DNA of 64,000 nucleotides, from IMG/VR virus record IMGVR_UViG_3300027734_000056, positions 10,061 through 74,060 of that record. One strand, given 5' to 3'. Shown one piece after another: positions 10,506-21,448 of the stretch; the stretch's first letter is position 1, and the number at the start of each line of letters is the position of its first letter. The translations under genes were made by a program, and so were the position numbers. Origin of the DNA: a virus. Below the pieces are notes generated by a model. That model did no database searches, was not told the origin of the DNA, and saw nothing but the letters and a program-made list of their open reading frames with translations.

Positions 10506-10538
10506 TAAGGAAAATATTATTTACAAGGTAATAAAGTT

Positions 10539-12161
10539 ATGAGTTTAGTTACACAAACCTGGTTAGAAGATACTAACAGCATAAGATGCTTATTAGTCGA
10601 ATTAAAAGTATTAGACTACTTTAATACATACGGCGGTACTGTGGGAAACGGCTATACAGGAACTGTTTATCTTGGTACTACAGGCTATAACTTAGGTGAT
10701 TCTAGTACTAGTTTTTTGCCGTACTTAACCAATAGTTTTCAAACTAGTGAAAATATGTCACTAGACGGCAGTTTAAGTTTAACATATGGTGATCTAGAAA
10801 TTCAAAATCCAAACGGTGATTTTGACAACTGGCTGGATAATACAAAATACATCTGGGCAAATCAAGCAGTAAAAGTTTATTTTGGCGATCCACGATGGAG
10901 CTCAACCTCAATAGATGATGTTCGTTTAAACTTTGAATTAGTGTTTGATGGTATTATTCAAGAAATAGATAGCAAATCCAGAGAAACTGTAAACTTAAAA
11001 ATAGCAGATAAACTGCAGAGATTAAACAGCCCACTATCAGAAGATAAAATTGGTACAACAGGTACATGGGCAGGCGGTCAGCCAAATAGTGACACACTTA
11101 AGCCACTTGTGTTCGGCGAAGTGTTTAATATGACCCCCGAGCTGGTAGACCCTAGTACCTTGCAATATCAATTTAATGCTACCACAACTGAGTTGGTTAT
11201 TGAAATCAGAGACAACGGTGTGCCTGTATATACAGATAGTTCAGTTTACAACAGTCAAGGTGTTACAGTTGCATCACCAAGGCCCACAGCTGCCACAATT
11301 GATTTAAACACAGGCAAGTTTACATTATCACAGCCACTTGCTGGCTCAGTAACTTGCAGTGTGCAAGGCGTAAAAAATAGTATAAACTTAAGCTCAGGTG
11401 TTTTACAAACTGGTACATATAAAAACAACATTGCCAATTTAATTGCACTTATTGTCACACATTATGGTAATGCTAATTTGCGATTATCAGTAGCAGATTT
11501 AGATTTAACAAATTTGCAGGCTTTTGAAAATGCAAACACACAGCCTGTAGGCTACTTAGTCACAGACCGAACAAATGTGCTTGAAGTATGTCAAAGCTTA
11601 GCAAATAGTGTGGGTGCACAAATTTACATGGCACGTACAGGAAAACTGCAAATTTTACGACTGGCAGTACCTGCCGCTGCCACAACAGAAATAACAGACA
11701 ATGACATTTTACACCACAGTTTAAGCATAAGCACAAAAACTGATGTGGTTGCTGGCATCAAAATAGCTTACAGTAAAAACTGGACTACGCAAACTGATTT
11801 ATTAACAAATATACTGCCTCCACATAAAGAAATATTTGCCACAGACTGGTATACAGAAACGGCACTTGATGCCACAGTAAAAAGCACATATAAACTTTAC
11901 GCAGATCCTGAACAAAAAGAAACTTACTTATTGCAGCAGTCAGATGCACAAGCAGAAGCAGTAAGACTTCGTGATTATTTTAAAACGCCGCGTATGGTTT
12001 ATAAGTTTACTGGCACAACTAAACTATTGCTGTTAAACTTGGGAGATGCTGTACGTTTAACACACAACAGGTTTGGTTTAACTAGTGGCAAACTTGGACA
12101 AATAGTTGGTTTAAACCAAAATTGGGTAGCAGGTACAGTTGATGTGGAGGTACTAATCTAA
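10539..12161 (+). CDS. Tail tip / baseplate hub-like protein
   Basis: 540 aa directly after the tape measure; KPLVFGEVFNMTPELVD motif; hub-like C-terminus AEAVRL...LNLGDAVRL. Confidence 0.65.
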   Translation: MSLVTQTWLEDTNSIRCLLVELKVLDYFNTYGGTVGNGYTGTVYLGTTGYNLGDSSTSFLPYLTNSFQTSENMSLDGSLSLTYGDLEIQNPNGDFDNWLDNTKYIWANQAVKVYFGDPRWSSTSIDDVRLNFELVFDGIIQEIDSKSRETVNLKIADKLQRLNSPLSEDKIGTTGTWAGGQPNSDTLKPLVFGEVFNMTPELVDPSTLQYQFNATTTELVIEIRDNGVPVYTDSSVYNSQGVTVASPRPTAATIDLNTGKFTLSQPLAGSVTCSVQGVKNSINLSSGVLQTGTYKNNIANLIALIVTHYGNANLRLSVADLDLTNLQAFENANTQPVGYLVTDRTNVLEVCQSLANSVGAQIYMARTGKLQILRLAVPAAATTEITDNDILHHSLSISTKTDVVAGIKIAYSKNWTTQTDLLTNILPPHKEIFATDWYTETALDATVKSTYKLYADPEQKETYLLQQSDAQAEAVRLRDYFKTPRMVYKFTGTTKLLLLNLGDAVRLTHNRFGLTSGKLGQIVGLNQNWVAGTVDVEVLI

Positions 12162-15100
12162 TGGCAACATTAATAAACGCAAGAGATAAAGCCTTACAAA
12201 CTGCACGATATAGACGTGGTGCTACGCAAGTAACACTAACAGCGCCAGCAGGTGCTTTTATAAAGCCTAAAAATGGAGCAGCCATAACTCCTACTAGTAT
12301 AAAAATTAAAGCCTCAGCTAACTATGTGTTTACTGCAGCAGCTAGTTACAGCTGGCAGTATGCCTTAAGTACTGCGCCTGATGTTTATACAACATTAACA
12401 GACAACGGTACTCCAGTAACAACTGATGAAGTAATTTTAAATGGAAGTACAATAGCAGGCTTAATAGGCTCAGCTAGCGAAATTTATTACAAGTGTACAG
12501 TTACGGAACCTAAACTGGATACAGCTAGTGCCATATACAAAATAATTTACAGCAAGGAAAGTGATGATCCTATTACTGTAAATATGACAAAAACCAACGT
12601 ATCAGTACCCTGCGATCAGTACGGTACACCCTCATCACTTGCTGGCACAGGCACCACAATCACAGTAGCTCGTGGCAGCACTACACTAGGCTATAATAAT
12701 CTTGGCGGAGCTTTGGCAAATACTTTTACAGTAACTACCAACGCAGATGTAAATCGTACTCTAGGAGGAACTGCAAATAGTACCGCTATCAGCTATGTGT
12801 TAGACGATTTAACTGCTATAGAGCAAACAATAGATCAAACCAGTACAATTTTTACAGTTACTGTGTATGATGGTAACGGCACAGCCACAAATACCTTTTC
12901 AAGAACTCTATCTTATACAAAAGTAAAAAATGGTTTAGTTGGTCAGGATGCTACAAGATATTTTTTACAATTAAATACTCCAGTTATAGCAAAAAGCAGT
13001 AGTAGTGCAGTTGTAGTAGGTGTACATACACCTAGCACTATAGTAGCCACGGGCAAAACACAAGTTGGTTCGGGTAGTTTGAGTAATTTTGGGTATGTTA
13101 CAATTACTCCGAGTGATGGTGTTGAAAGTTCTCCAAGTCAGTATACGCAAAGTTTGACTATTACAAACTCAAAACAAGCAGCTTTATATACAGTAAAATT
13201 ATACGCAGACGCACTTAAAGCTACCTTAATAGATAGCCAAACTATACCTGTTGTATATTCTGGTAGTAGCGGTACAAGTGGTACAAGTGCTATAAGTTTA
13301 GTATTAACAAATGATAATGTTAGTATACCTACAGCAAGTGATGGTACTAATCCTGTGTATACTGGATCAGGTACAGATATTATAGTTTATGAAGGTAGCA
13401 CACAGTTAACTTATGCAGCAACAGGTACTACTCCAGGTACTTACAAAATATCTAGCATAGATGCAGTAAATATAACTGCAGGCAGCTATGCAATAAAAAC
13501 AGGATCAACTACTATAATAACTGCTGCTGCACCAGTGTCTATAACAGCAGATACTGCTAGTATTACTTATAATATATCAGGAATAACAGCAGCTGGTACA
13601 ACTTTTACAATTAGTAAAACTCAGAGTTTAAAGAAATTAAAAGCTGGTAGCATTGGTATAGACGGAAAAAGATCAATTATAATAAATGCTTACCGATGGC
13701 TTTTGACTGCAGTAGTTTCACCAGATCAAGCTTTTACATATACTTGGGCTACAGGAGCGGTAAGCAATTATCCTACTGGTTGGACTGCATCTGCAGGTGC
13801 AGCACCTGGTGACGGGTATACTCTATATCAACTTAACGTAACTATTAGCGAGTTACCTACTGTTGCTATAACTTCAGGTTTAAACTGGAGTGTCGGCACA
13901 CAAAATATAATTGGTTTTAGAAAAGACGGCACTATAGGCGAACTTAGTGCTTATACTAAAACAGCTTATATTACCTTAACTACAACAACTCCGCCAAGTA
14001 CTCCAGCAGCTACCACAGGTGCCAGTAGCTTACCTGCCGCGGTTGGTACAGTAAGCTGGACAAGTACAAGTCCTGGCACTGTACCAGATGGAAGTTATGT
14101 TTATATTAGTACTGGTATTTATGGTGCAACTAGTAATCAAGTTGTATGGGCAGCCCCTTACTTAAGTTACTTTAAAGTAGGTAGTTTAAGTGCAATTAGC
14201 GCTAGTTTAGGTGTAGTAGGAGTATCTACCACAGGTAATATACATAGTGGTACAGGTGTTGATTCAAAAACATATGGCGATACTAAATCAGGATTCTTTT
14301 TAGGTTATGATAGCGATGCCTATAAAATGGAGGTAGGCAGCCCAACAAGCTATTTACGTTTTAACGGCACAACACTAAGTGCCACAGGTATGAATATTTA
14401 TACTGCAGACAATCAAGATATTTTAACAATAGCGGGCGGACAAGAATGGACTACTACAGGCACTATTACAAAGTTCAGCGCTGTAAGTTTACAAAAAACA
14501 GGGACTGGTAATCTCACAGATGCCTGGGCTTATAGCAATCAATTTTATACAAGTGGTGCTGCTGTAAGTTTTCAAACTGGCTTGGTAAATAAACAATTTG
14601 AAGTTGGACTAGATAATAGTGGTGCAACTCCTGGTGCAGATACTACTATTGATTACGGTATACTATTAAGTACAACAGGTTATGTCTATCCGCGCGTGGG
14701 TGGAAATACTCAAGCCGCTATAGCTACCAGTCATTCTACTGCAGATGTATTTTTAATTGCTTATGATAATAAAGCAGTATACTATTATATTAATGGCGTA
14801 TTAAAATATACCTATACTACTGCAGTAGCTGCTACTCAAAGTTACGTAGCAAAAATAGTTTTTACAACTAGCTTAGCTAATGCCAAATCAGTTAAATTTA
14901 TACCTTGGGGCGGTGTTGGTACTAATGGTACTAATGGTACAAATGGTACAAATGGTATAAATGGTGATACAGGCCCAGCAGGTACTCGTGCTGCAGTTAC
15001 TTATATTTTAGCTGGTTATGATACTTTTACTAGTAGTGCACAAACTGCTACTGAAAACTGGTTTACTACAAATTATGGTGGACTTATACTAGGAGATAAA

Positions 15101-15328
15101 GTTACTGTTTATAACACAGCTACAGGTAAAAGTGAAACACGTAGTTGGATAAGCACAAATAACTGGCAAAAAGTAAGTGTTTATATTGATGGTAATCTAC
15201 TAGTAAGTGGTACTATAACTAGTGATGCTTTGGCTTTAAATTTGGTAACTGTAGGCCAACGCATAGTTTCACAAGATGGGTTATTTGTAGTAGATTTACA
15301 AAATAAATATATAAGTATAAGTGTTTAA
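12161..15328 (+). CDS. Central tail fibre / tip protein
   Basis: 1055 aa, Thr-rich, repeated beta-sandwich units, collagen-like GTNGTNGTNGTNGINGDTGPAG stretch, KVGSLSAISA and IDGNLLVSGTIT motifs typical of gpJ-like C-termini. TAATG-coupled to the hub gene. Confidence 0.65.
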   Translation: MATLINARDKALQTARYRRGATQVTLTAPAGAFIKPKNGAAITPTSIKIKASANYVFTAAASYSWQYALSTAPDVYTTLTDNGTPVTTDEVILNGSTIAGLIGSASEIYYKCTVTEPKLDTASAIYKIIYSKESDDPITVNMTKTNVSVPCDQYGTPSSLAGTGTTITVARGSTTLGYNNLGGALANTFTVTTNADVNRTLGGTANSTAISYVLDDLTAIEQTIDQTSTIFTVTVYDGNGTATNTFSRTLSYTKVKNGLVGQDATRYFLQLNTPVIAKSSSSAVVVGVHTPSTIVATGKTQVGSGSLSNFGYVTITPSDGVESSPSQYTQSLTITNSKQAALYTVKLYADALKATLIDSQTIPVVYSGSSGTSGTSAISLVLTNDNVSIPTASDGTNPVYTGSGTDIIVYEGSTQLTYAATGTTPGTYKISSIDAVNITAGSYAIKTGSTTIITAAAPVSITADTASITYNISGITAAGTTFTISKTQSLKKLKAGSIGIDGKRSIIINAYRWLLTAVVSPDQAFTYTWATGAVSNYPTGWTASAGAAPGDGYTLYQLNVTISELPTVAITSGLNWSVGTQNIIGFRKDGTIGELSAYTKTAYITLTTTTPPSTPAATTGASSLPAAVGTVSWTSTSPGTVPDGSYVYISTGIYGATSNQVVWAAPYLSYFKVGSLSAISASLGVVGVSTTGNIHSGTGVDSKTYGDTKSGFFLGYDSDAYKMEVGSPTSYLRFNGTTLSATGMNIYTADNQDILTIAGGQEWTTTGTITKFSAVSLQKTGTGNLTDAWAYSNQFYTSGAAVSFQTGLVNKQFEVGLDNSGATPGADTTIDYGILLSTTGYVYPRVGGNTQAAIATSHSTADVFLIAYDNKAVYYYINGVLKYTYTTAVAATQSYVAKIVFTTSLANAKSVKFIPWGGVGTNGTNGTNGTNGINGDTGPAGTRAAVTYILAGYDTFTSSAQTATENWFTTNYGGLILGDKVTVYNTATGKSETRSWISTNNWQKVSVYIDGNLLVSGTITSDALALNLVTVGQRIVSQDGLFVVDLQNKYISISV

Positions 15329-15854
15329 TATGAATAATTTATATACTGAATTTTACAATCAAATAGGTAAGCAAGCAGATATTGTAAATGGTGAAGTAGT
15401 ACTTTCGAACTCTGGATTTTTAGAAATTTCCGAATTTCCAAAATTAGGCAGCGTTTATGTAGACAATTTCAATAAAACTGCTCAAATAATACCTTTAAAA
15501 AATGATTTTCGTGGTTATGCGTGGGATTTATATGAAAATAATTGTGTCATGTGCTGTGCCAGATGGCATGATAACTTTTTTGGCACTAGTTTAACCAAAG
15601 ATTTTCGTGGATTAACTCATCAAGAACGTTTACAAGTTATGCAAACTGGTTATGAAAATCTAATTGAGCAGTTTGGTTTTCAAACTATTGAAATACCAAA
15701 ACTAGGTTGTATTTTTATTTATGAAGAGTATAACCATCTTGCCATACTTGTTGATAATGATACCATCTTACATCACCCTGCTAGAAAGTTTTCTGGATTA
15801 GATAAACTTGATAGTCAAAAAATAATTAAAATACTATGGTTTTCCAAGACTTAA
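15321..15854 (+). CDS. NlpC/P60-like protein (lambda gpK-like tail assembly protein)
   Basis: GYAWDLYENNC (Cys), NHLAILV (His) and ILHH (His) match NlpC/P60 spacing; lies within the tail-tip cluster. Confidence 0.65.
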   Translation: MFNMNNLYTEFYNQIGKQADIVNGEVVLSNSGFLEISEFPKLGSVYVDNFNKTAQIIPLKNDFRGYAWDLYENNCVMCCARWHDNFFGTSLTKDFRGLTHQERLQVMQTGYENLIEQFGFQTIEIPKLGCIFIYEEYNHLAILVDNDTILHHPARKFSGLDKLDSQKIIKILWFSKT

Positions 15855-18800
15855 CAGGTACAGTTGTACCAACACCAGGTTTAGTTGGGTATACTTTTAT
15901 ATTTAAAGAGTATCGTTATTATAATTACTGGTATTACCCTGGCGTAATTTATGTAAGTGGCACAAGACCAGTTATAGGTGAAAAGTTAAATACTAGCAAT
16001 TATAATACTTATGGTAAAACAATTACCATAACTGCCATTGAACTTAATACTGTATACGGTGATATATATTATTTAAGCAATAGCTTATATTATTTAAATA
16101 CTGGTGGACAGATTAGTTATAGTGATACATCTACCCTAAGCTTTAGTAGATCAGAAAGTTATAGCGCTTTAACAACTGAAAGTTATAACAGTTTACCAGA
16201 AAGTAGTTACAGTTTAGGTGCTTACTATAGCCCTAATCAACGTTATAGACCTATCAGTAATACTGTATATTATAAACCATCTGGAGCAACTGCTGCTAGT
16301 GTTGCTACTTTAAATTTAAACTTATATAATCAGTATACCGATTTTCAATTAAATAATGATTTAAGTGGTGTATACATTGGTAATTGCTTACATACTATAG
16401 AACAAAGAGGTCCTGCAGTTTGGTATTCTGGTACTGGTTTAAAATCAGTTGCCGTAATACTAGAAGATGGTGTAGAAACCAAAGTAGCAAGTCAAGAGCC
16501 TGTAGGCAACAGCACTATTCCAGTAGCTAATTGGGCTACATCAACAGCAGTATCAAATACTGATAATAGTGCTGGCACTGAATCTGCTAAATCTGCATAC
16601 AGTGTTAGTAGTAACGCTGTGCCTGGAGGTACAGGAATAGGTGACTATATAGTAAAATTATATAGTAATATTGATACGCAAGATCCTTATAGAGTAAGAG
16701 CAGAACATAGATATGCTATAGTAACTAGTACGGCACCACGAGTAAATGCAACAATTAACACACTAACAATTCCAGTTACCTTAGATGGCTCAATTATTCA
16801 ACCACCTGCATCAAGTACCAATACAAATAACTTTCAAGATAGTTATTTAATTTGTAGAAGCAATAAAACCCCAGCTCTTAGTAGTACATCAACATATAAT
16901 TGTCCACCAATAACTTTTGCAGGATATAATACTGGTAGTGGTTTAGAAAGTACAACAAATAAGTTAGATATTACTTTAGGTAGATACCTTTTAGCTGGTA
17001 ACGAAATTAGTTTAACAAATGGAAGAAATTACTTTACTCTTTATGTTAGTCAGATGGGACTTGGATATTTAAATCCAGTTACAGGTTATGTAGGCACAGA
17101 GTTTATTCCTGCTGCAGGTCAAGCATTAACAATTATAGATAGTCAATATTATAAAGTAAATTTTTCAACAACAATTACTAGTGTAGATTTCAACTATAAT
17201 AATAATAATCCTTATTATGTCATAACTCATACAGGTACCTTTAGCGGTACTACGGGACTTTACTCTAATACTTTTTTTAGATTTACTAAAACTTATACAA
17301 AATATACACTGGATCCAGAAACTTCAGTTTGGCCAGAGGACTGGACACGTTCGGGAGGTAGTGGATATGCTCGCCCCAAACTAGGTGATGCTTATAGCTA
17401 TTGGATTCCAGTAGAAAATAGATGGGTAAGTAGTGGGTTTTTTACAGTAAGCCCCCAATATACTATAAAAAAATTGGATGGTACATTAATAGGTATATTT
17501 AATGATACTAGTTTAATTGAGTCAGTGCTTACATCTACTGATACTACAGCAAATAATCAACTATTTAATACATCTCTTAGTTCAATAACAAATAATTATT
17601 CTATACAAGGTTTTTCATCGCCAAGTAATATGGTTTGGAAAAGCTATAATGCAGCTGAAATAGGCGGAATAGGTTGGTTTACAACTGCTACTGCAGCAAC
17701 TGCACGCTATAACACTCAAACAAACTTTAAATCAGCAAAAATACGTAGAGATAAACTAATGGAGTTTTATTATACTTATGGTCCTTGTATAATAGAACTT
17801 AAAGCCGATATATTAATCAGAACCATGACTAGTGGGCGTTCACAGGTCCAAAGACACCCTTATACATATCCTTACGCTTCAGCTACTGGTTCTGTAGCTG
17901 AAACTTATACAAGTAGTACTTATAGTGATATTATAAGATTTAAAATTCAAGAAACAGTTGTACCCATAAATACACCACCATTAAATATAATAAGACCTTC
18001 AAGTTTAATTGGATTTAGTACTGCACCAGCAGACTATAAGATCAGTTTTAGTGCTGCGCGTTTAACTAATAGGTACAAAGATAGTAAAAAAATCTTAATA
18101 GAAAGTATTAATCCTAGTACTAATTTAATTACAATTACAAACCATGGATTTAAACAATTTCAATTGGTTCGTTATGTATCAATTGGAACTGTAGCTACTG
18201 GTTTAAAAGATAATAATTATTATTATGTAATTTTGAACGGCTCTGATCCTGATTCCTTTTATTTAGCTAAAGACTATTATTATACTTCTGGTGTATTGCA
18301 AGGTAAATTAGATATAAAATCAACGGGCAGTCCTGGCAGTCAATATATTTGTATAGATTCCAGTAATTATACTTTTAATACAAATCTTAGTAATGTTAAT
18401 GATACTACTGATACTGTTTATTTTGCCACACAACACGGATTAAATACAGGTGATAGGGTACAATATTTAGCGCCACAGTACGCAGTAGCGACTAATGTAA
18501 CTAATTTAGTACATTACTCTTATTATTATGTTAGTAAAATAGATAATAGTAGTATAAAATTACTTGATGTAACAGGTAGTCCAGTAAATATAACTAAAAA
18601 TTATTCATTTGCTATACCAACATTAACTTTTAGTACACAAACATCTAGAACTGGTTGGACAGTTACAAAAAATTATAATAGTAATACAACAACATTAAGT
18701 ATAAACATACAAGGCAACTATTCACGCGCTACTGTTAGTTTTGATGTTATTTATAATATTAGTGTATCTACAGCAACTAACTATAGTTGGAGTAGTGTAA

Positions 18801-21103
18801 TTACTGGTAGTACAAGCGGTACATTTTATGGCACACAGTTGGGTAGTAGCGGAACAACTCAGCTTTTTGGTAAAACTATAACTACTACATCAGGTATAGC
18901 AAATGCCAGTGGTACTGGATCATTGACGGTTGGTACTAGTACTTTAAAAGTTAGTTTTATTTCAGGTTATTATGGAGATAGTCAGACAAATAGTTATACT
19001 TTTAATATTACATTTTCAAATCCAGTAGCTGGTGCAATAAGTTTTGTAAAATTTCCAGATGTAATACAAGAAATTTCAGATAAAAATGTTGGCTATATAG
19101 GTTTAGGTACTGAGACTAGTTTACTAAACGCAGCACCTACAAGAACTTTATCAAGTTTAACTGGTAATAATTTAAATGTAAAATTATATCGTAATAGAAT
19201 AAAAGGCGGTTTAGTTAATAGTATAAATATACCTGTATTAACAAATAAATCTAATAGTAATACAGTAACTATTACTAATAGTACAAGTTTATATGGTTTA
19301 ACAGAAGTGGCTTTTATGCCAGGTGGCTCTGACATTAAACATTATAGTATGCCGTTAGCTACCACTAATAACTATACTCAATATAATAAAAATTTTGATA
19401 AATTAAATAATTCAGCAGCTTATACCACAACTGCGGGGGATTTTCTAATTAATAGTCAAGGTAGTATATCAGACTCTACTGGTAGCCCTGCTAATGCTAT
19501 TTTTGCTACTCATGGATTAACAACTGGGAGTCCCGTACGTATTAGTACAGAAAATCAAAATACTATAAATACCACAAACTATAATGCTATTACTAAAGTT
19601 AAAATAAGTAGTTTAATTTCTGGTGATATAGGTAGTTTATTTGGTACAACATTTGCACATAACTATAAAACTGGTGATATAGTTATGTATCAACAAGGTA
19701 AAAGTGTTGGTAAATTTGAAAATTTATTGGACGTACTAAGACCAGGACAAAGGTATTATGTTATAGTTATAGATTACTATTGGTTTAAATTAGCAGAAAG
19801 TTTACAAAAAGCCCAAGCAAATAAAGGTATTATTTTAAATAGTTTTGGTACATTTGCAGGTGAAATAATAAATGGTATAGATACAACAACAGCAACTATA
19901 TACTTTAAATATCCACAAACATCAGCAGCTAATGCCGTATCGTATAATAAACCAAGTTACACTACTAAAGAAAATCCAATTTCAGTAATTTATAACGACA
20001 GCAATTATGATAAAACAACAGATGCTTTTGATACTAGTACATTTACATTTAAATATACGGGCTCAGACCCCTACAGTCAACAAATGTATACAACTACAGC
20101 TCAAACAACTTTAGCTACCACTGTTTTTAGTAAAATGGTTGTAGGTTATGTAGATAATTTAAATACAACCCCAAAAAATATAAATTGTTATGATACATAT
20201 TATGTAATAGTAGTTGATACTACTTCATTTAGACTTGCTAGTAACTACGCGGATGCCATGGCAGTTGTTCCTGTTTACTTACCAATAGAGCCAGCAGCGT
20301 TCCCTGTAAATCTTAATGTTTATGTAGGGCTTACTCCCCCTAAATTTAATTCAAGCAGAACTTCACTTATAGTAGATCAAATAGCTTTAAATACCGAAAA
20401 TCCTTTAGGATTATCCCTTGCCTGGGATTATACATTAGGTACAACTAGTACTAGTACTAGTAATATTGATGGATTTATAGTTTATGTAGGAGTATCAAAC
20501 AATGTAGGCAGTGATGTAGTAAATGATTTAACTTATTTAGTTAGTTATGAAGATTATTACGCTATTGGTAAATATGGTATAGTTATAAATAATTTACCTT
20601 CAAATTATTTATATGTAGCAGTTGCTGCTTATAGATATCGAAATAATTATGATTATAGACACGTTACAGTTATTGGCTCAGATGGACAAGAGTTTCAACG
20701 TAGTACTCTATTAAAAAGTAGTACAACTTTTCCTACATATAGCAATGCAACTACATTATCAATGCCTGATGCTGCTGGAACTACTAAGTATACTACAGTT
20801 AAAAAATATTTTATACCAAACTATAGATTAAATTATAATTTAAGTCAAGGTTATGATGCTGCCACAAGCACTATGTATATCGATGGCGCCAATGGTACTC
20901 TTACTGTTACTAAAAGTGGAAGTATTAAAACAAAACCACAATTTACAGTTGAAGGTGTAAATTATGATTATATTCCTTATATTTCAACATCAGGAGATTA
21001 TAAATATATATCATCAAAAGAAACAATAAATTATACTAGTAATACTATACTACCTTATCGTACACCAAAAACTTTTAGTAGTTCTTCTACTAATAAAGGA
21101 TAA
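15836..21103 (+). CDS. Large virion adhesin / tail-associated protein
   Basis: 1755 aa, Tyr/Thr/Ser/Asn-rich, with repeated (N/Q/T/A)H(G/N)x..G..V.Y...YYV..D..F.LA modules. Confidence 0.55.
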   Translation: MVFQDLTGTVVPTPGLVGYTFIFKEYRYYNYWYYPGVIYVSGTRPVIGEKLNTSNYNTYGKTITITAIELNTVYGDIYYLSNSLYYLNTGGQISYSDTSTLSFSRSESYSALTTESYNSLPESSYSLGAYYSPNQRYRPISNTVYYKPSGATAASVATLNLNLYNQYTDFQLNNDLSGVYIGNCLHTIEQRGPAVWYSGTGLKSVAVILEDGVETKVASQEPVGNSTIPVANWATSTAVSNTDNSAGTESAKSAYSVSSNAVPGGTGIGDYIVKLYSNIDTQDPYRVRAEHRYAIVTSTAPRVNATINTLTIPVTLDGSIIQPPASSTNTNNFQDSYLICRSNKTPALSSTSTYNCPPITFAGYNTGSGLESTTNKLDITLGRYLLAGNEISLTNGRNYFTLYVSQMGLGYLNPVTGYVGTEFIPAAGQALTIIDSQYYKVNFSTTITSVDFNYNNNNPYYVITHTGTFSGTTGLYSNTFFRFTKTYTKYTLDPETSVWPEDWTRSGGSGYARPKLGDAYSYWIPVENRWVSSGFFTVSPQYTIKKLDGTLIGIFNDTSLIESVLTSTDTTANNQLFNTSLSSITNNYSIQGFSSPSNMVWKSYNAAEIGGIGWFTTATAATARYNTQTNFKSAKIRRDKLMEFYYTYGPCIIELKADILIRTMTSGRSQVQRHPYTYPYASATGSVAETYTSSTYSDIIRFKIQETVVPINTPPLNIIRPSSLIGFSTAPADYKISFSAARLTNRYKDSKKILIESINPSTNLITITNHGFKQFQLVRYVSIGTVATGLKDNNYYYVILNGSDPDSFYLAKDYYYTSGVLQGKLDIKSTGSPGSQYICIDSSNYTFNTNLSNVNDTTDTVYFATQHGLNTGDRVQYLAPQYAVATNVTNLVHYSYYYVSKIDNSSIKLLDVTGSPVNITKNYSFAIPTLTFSTQTSRTGWTVTKNYNSNTTTLSINIQGNYSRATVSFDVIYNISVSTATNYSWSSVITGSTSGTFYGTQLGSSGTTQLFGKTITTTSGIANASGTGSLTVGTSTLKVSFISGYYGDSQTNSYTFNITFSNPVAGAISFVKFPDVIQEISDKNVGYIGLGTETSLLNAAPTRTLSSLTGNNLNVKLYRNRIKGGLVNSINIPVLTNKSNSNTVTITNSTSLYGLTEVAFMPGGSDIKHYSMPLATTNNYTQYNKNFDKLNNSAAYTTTAGDFLINSQGSISDSTGSPANAIFATHGLTTGSPVRISTENQNTINTTNYNAITKVKISSLISGDIGSLFGTTFAHNYKTGDIVMYQQGKSVGKFENLLDVLRPGQRYYVIVIDYYWFKLAESLQKAQANKGIILNSFGTFAGEIINGIDTTTATIYFKYPQTSAANAVSYNKPSYTTKENPISVIYNDSNYDKTTDAFDTSTFTFKYTGSDPYSQQMYTTTAQTTLATTVFSKMVVGYVDNLNTTPKNINCYDTYYVIVVDTTSFRLASNYADAMAVVPVYLPIEPAAFPVNLNVYVGLTPPKFNSSRTSLIVDQIALNTENPLGLSLAWDYTLGTTSTSTSNIDGFIVYVGVSNNVGSDVVNDLTYLVSYEDYYAIGKYGIVINNLPSNYLYVAVAAYRYRNNYDYRHVTVIGSDGQEFQRSTLLKSSTTFPTYSNATTLSMPDAAGTTKYTTVKKYFIPNYRLNYNLSQGYDAATSTMYIDGANGTLTVTKSGSIKTKPQFTVEGVNYDYIPYISTSGDYKYISSKETINYTSNTILPYRTPKTFSSSSTNKG

Positions 21104-21108
21104 CAAAA

Positions 21109-21447
21109 TTGGCAAATTATAAATATGATTTTGGAATATCGCCTATACCTAGTACTGCCAGTAGTACTAGTGGTAATATACTAGATAATAGTATTACAGT
21201 ACCTGTAATAATATCTACTATTACATTAGATACTATCACCCCCACGGTGGGTGGTAGTACTGTAATAACTCAAAATATATCTAGTATAGGTCCAGCTATT
21301 GTACAAAGTAATGGTGATAGTTTAAGGGTGCTAATACCAGTAATAGATAGTAGTAATGTAGTATCACTAGCAGAAGTATATTATACTTATGCCAGGGAAT
21401 TACCAGATATTAAATTTACAGCAGTTTTAAAAGTATTGGGGATATAG
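21109..21447 (+). CDS. Hypothetical tail-tip accessory protein
   Basis: 112 aa with TTG start after AAGGA; tightly packed in the operon. Confidence 0.55.
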   Translation: MANYKYDFGISPIPSTASSTSGNILDNSITVPVIISTITLDTITPTVGGSTVITQNISSIGPAIVQSNGDSLRVLIPVIDSSNVVSLAEVYYTYARELPDIKFTAVLKVLGI

Positions 21448-21448
21448 T

